Of a stretch of DNA of 64,000 nt, positions 61,800 to 64,000 are shown piece by piece; the first letter of the stretch is position 1, and every line of letters begins with the position of its first letter. A model generated the notes under the pieces. That model saw nothing but the letters and a program-made list of their open reading frames with translations, did no database searches and was not told where the DNA came from. Both the position numbers and the translations under genes were made by a program. Source of the DNA: Nitrospirota bacterium (lineage in GTDB: Bacteria; Nitrospirota; Thermodesulfovibrionia; Thermodesulfovibrionales; Dissulfurispiraceae); contig CAVPZX010000003.1 in the NCBI GenBank assembly GCA_963710375.1, forward strand, positions 192,001 to 256,000, in the 5' to 3' direction.

Positions 61800-62614
61800 G
61801 AGAATGAATGCAGGCTCTTCATAGAGAGGAAATTTACCCCGAAGAAAGTGAATAGGACGATAAGGAAACCGATAATCGAGAGAATGGCGGCCCTCTTTCC
61901 TCTCCATCCTGCTGTAAGCCTGATATGCAGGATCAGGGCATAAATAAACCATGTTATAAGCGACCACACTTCTTTAGGGTCCCAGCGCCAATAACTTCCC
62001 CAGGCGCTTTCAGCCCATAATGCGCCGCTGATTATGGCGAGAGTCAAAAGAGGAAAGCCCAGGGTAATCAATTTGTAGTTTATTTCGTCGAGCACCTGTA
62101 TGCTCGGCAATCTTTTGAAAAGGCCGTGTGTATGTTTAGATTTCAGGTAGTGTTCCTGCAGCAGGTACATTATGCCGATACCGAAGGCAACTGCAAACGC
62201 GGCATTGCCGAGAAAGGCCAGGAAGGTATGTATGCCCAGCCAGTAGCTTTGCAGCACCGGGCTGAGCGGATGTATCGCTTGTGGAAGCACAGATGAGGAA
62301 AGCATCAATAAAAAAACAATGGGGAGAATAAAGCTGCCTATGATTCCTATCTTGTAGCGGTATTCCAGGAAAAAGAATATGAGTACTATGCACCAGGCAA
62401 AGAAGGACGCAGCTTCGTGCATGCTTGTGATCGGCAGATGCCCGGCAGCGATGTAGCGGTAGACAATGCTTGCCGAATGCAGGAGGAAGCCGGCGCCGGT
62501 GACAATCAGCATCAGTTTAGATGATCCCTTGCTTCCCCTGAAAAGCTCGATAATGACTATAATGGTTACCGCGAGATAACAGGTGAGGGCCAGTTCAAAA
62601 AGTGCGGTCCCCAT
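61796..62614 (-). CDS. ccsA: System II cytochrome c biogenesis heme-channel protein (CcsA/ResC type)
   Basis: LQSYWLGIH, WAESAWGSYWRWDPKE (WWD motif), terminal LHSF. Confidence 0.92.
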   Translation of the reverse strand: MGTALFELALTCYLAVTIIVIIELFRGSKGSSKLMLIVTGAGFLLHSASIVYRYIAAGHLPITSMHEAASFFAWCIVLIFFFLEYRYKIGIIGSFILPIVFLLMLSSSVLPQAIHPLSPVLQSYWLGIHTFLAFLGNAAFAVAFGIGIMYLLQEHYLKSKHTHGLFKRLPSIQVLDEINYKLITLGFPLLTLAIISGALWAESAWGSYWRWDPKEVWSLITWFIYALILHIRLTAGWRGKRAAILSIIGFLIVLFTFFGVNFLSMKSLHSFS

Positions 62615-63369
62615 CAGAAGCAGCCAAGCTCGCAATTCCTGATTTTTATCTTCAATTCATTGGCAGCCTTTCCTATTTCCCGGTAGGGTACTTTTAACTC
62701 TTCAGCGATTCCCCGGGCAGCATTGCAGCTGATTCTGCCATCCACACTCTTTTCCTTCAACAAATGTTTGATCCTGTCAAGGATGCGTTCTTCGATAACT
62801 TCATCCATACACGTTAACAACTCCTGTACCGTTTTTCTGTCTTCAGGGTCAAGATATACCACTCGGGCAGAATAAACATGTTTATCTGAGTCATGCGGCA
62901 TACTGCTTCTTGGAAATACAATAATATCAGCATGTTTAATTAGCCGGAGCGCTGAAGCCTTTTTAATTTCTTCTCCCCGATCACCCAATGTAAATATTAC
63001 TACATCGGGATTTGAAAACTCAATTGCGCTGTTCCCTTCTATGATAATGCCGTCAAGATGGGACAGCCTGTCGATTGCCATGGATACGGTCTCTTTGATC
63101 TCCTCCAGGGGACCCTTGATCCATAACACTTCCTCAGCGCCTGCCTTGAGCAGCCTGCCGGTGTCTTTATCTTTCCGGTCGAGGATGGCCCTGTCATCAA
63201 TGAGTGATGCGTACAAAGCAGTTTTCGTATATTTGATAGCGCCCCATCTGCGGTGTGCGACCGGTTTACGCGACTCCGAACTAAGTTCGGAAAGCAGCAT
63301 CGATGCGATAGTAGTTTTCCCGGCGCCGCTGTGGCTGCCGCCAATGCCGATGATGAGAGGACGCCTCAT
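62614..63369 (-). CDS. MobB-like P-loop NTPase with small C-terminal Cys domain
   Basis: GSHSGAGKTT, GAIK, AGAEEV, IEGNS; tail ISC..A..IAEEL...CELGCF. Confidence 0.65.
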   Translation of the reverse strand: MRRPLIIGIGGSHSGAGKTTIASMLLSELSSESRKPVAHRRWGAIKYTKTALYASLIDDRAILDRKDKDTGRLLKAGAEEVLWIKGPLEEIKETVSMAIDRLSHLDGIIIEGNSAIEFSNPDVVIFTLGDRGEEIKKASALRLIKHADIIVFPRSSMPHDSDKHVYSARVVYLDPEDRKTVQELLTCMDEVIEERILDRIKHLLKEKSVDGRISCNAARGIAEELKVPYREIGKAANELKIKIRNCELGCF

Positions 63370-64000
63370 TATGCAGCTTCAGTTGAAGTGTCTTCTTTTT
63401 TCTCCTCTTCCAGGTAATCACAGGCCTTGTTTTCGCAGGCGAGGAACACCTCTCCGGCCTTATTACGCTTTTCCGTCAAAAAGGGCGCACCGCATTTGGG
63501 ACACTGCTTAGGCACAGGCTTGAGCCAGAGTGCAAATTTGCAGTTCGGGTAGTTGCTGCAACTCCAGAACGACCTGCCCCTTTTAGATTTCCTTTCAACA
63601 ATATCTCCTCCGTCGAGCGGGCATTTTACCCCGGTTGAGATCGGTTTTGTATTTTTGCATTCCGGATAGCGCGAACATGCCAGGAACTTGCCGAACCTGC
63701 CACGTTTAATGGCCATTGGCGCGCCGCATTTATCACAGGTTTCATCAGTAAGGACAGGTTCCGTTTTCTGTGAGTTGTTATCACCTTCGAGCGGTTTTGT
63801 GTTTTTACACTTCGGATAGCCGGTGCATGCAAGAAAACGCCCGTGCCTGCCCCATTTAATCACCATTGGGGAGCCGCACTTTTCGCACACTTCTTCTGTG
63901 GGTATGTCCTCAGGTTTTACCTTTGCCATGTCTTTTGATGCCTCGGCCAGATCAAGATTAAACGGGGTATAAAAGTCTTTTACCACCTTGACCCATTTGA
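63369..64000 (-). CDS. topA: DNA topoisomerase I, C-terminal zinc-ribbon region (partial)
   Basis: Repeated C..CG..M.IK.GR.G.FLAC..YP.C zinc ribbons. Confidence 0.92.
   Translation of the reverse strand, partial: KWVKVVKDFYTPFNLDLAEASKDMAKVKPEDIPTEEVCEKCGSPMVIKWGRHGRFLACTGYPKCKNTKPLEGDNNSQKTEPVLTDETCDKCGAPMAIKRGRFGKFLACSRYPECKNTKPISTGVKCPLDGGDIVERKSKRGRSFWSCSNYPNCKFALWLKPVPKQCPKCGAPFLTEKRNKAGEVFLACENKACDYLEEEKKEDTSTEAA

Noticed and set aside
1..64000. tRNA, rRNA, prophage, integrase, transposase or reverse transcriptase genes
   Set aside because: None recognised in the ORF track or intergenic regions by eye.

Overview
A 64-kb chromosomal segment from a bacterium that most resembles an anaerobic Nitrospirota (Thermodesulfovibrionia-like) or Desulfobacterota lineage. 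This placement is inferred only from gene order (rplM-rpsI-argC; topA-ccsA-hemA-hemC-cobA/hemD; pilT-pilU) and protein style. Left to right: a truncated hopanoid radical-SAM gene (hpnJ); two HD-GYP phosphodiesterases; a pilT/pilU operon; a c-di-GMP-I riboswitch controlling an unknown 22-residue-repeat protein; rplM-rpsI-argC; a Tat metallophosphoesterase plus CuA cupredoxin; a ~6-kb accessory patch (two TA modules, mpg, a solitary attC, palindromic MITE-like elements, a 20-aa Lys-rich micro-ORF). Then a ~22-kb sigma54-controlled propionate cluster (sucCD, mce, mutase, meaB, transcarboxylase subunits, prpC, acnA, prpE, sdhCAB, divergent activator); argJ; a membrane diguanylate cyclase; tyrS; a Ni/Co ECF module behind a twin-hairpin attenuator; BrnTA; a MoxR-DUF58-transglutaminase triad; a B12 radical SAM; heme genes; and the 3' end of topA. 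No rRNA, tRNA, CRISPR array or intact transposase/integrase was seen. Five genes, three of them housekeeping, carry +1 frameshifts, all at or beside AGCT, and these are probably sequencing errors. All calls come from reading motifs by eye; no searches were run.
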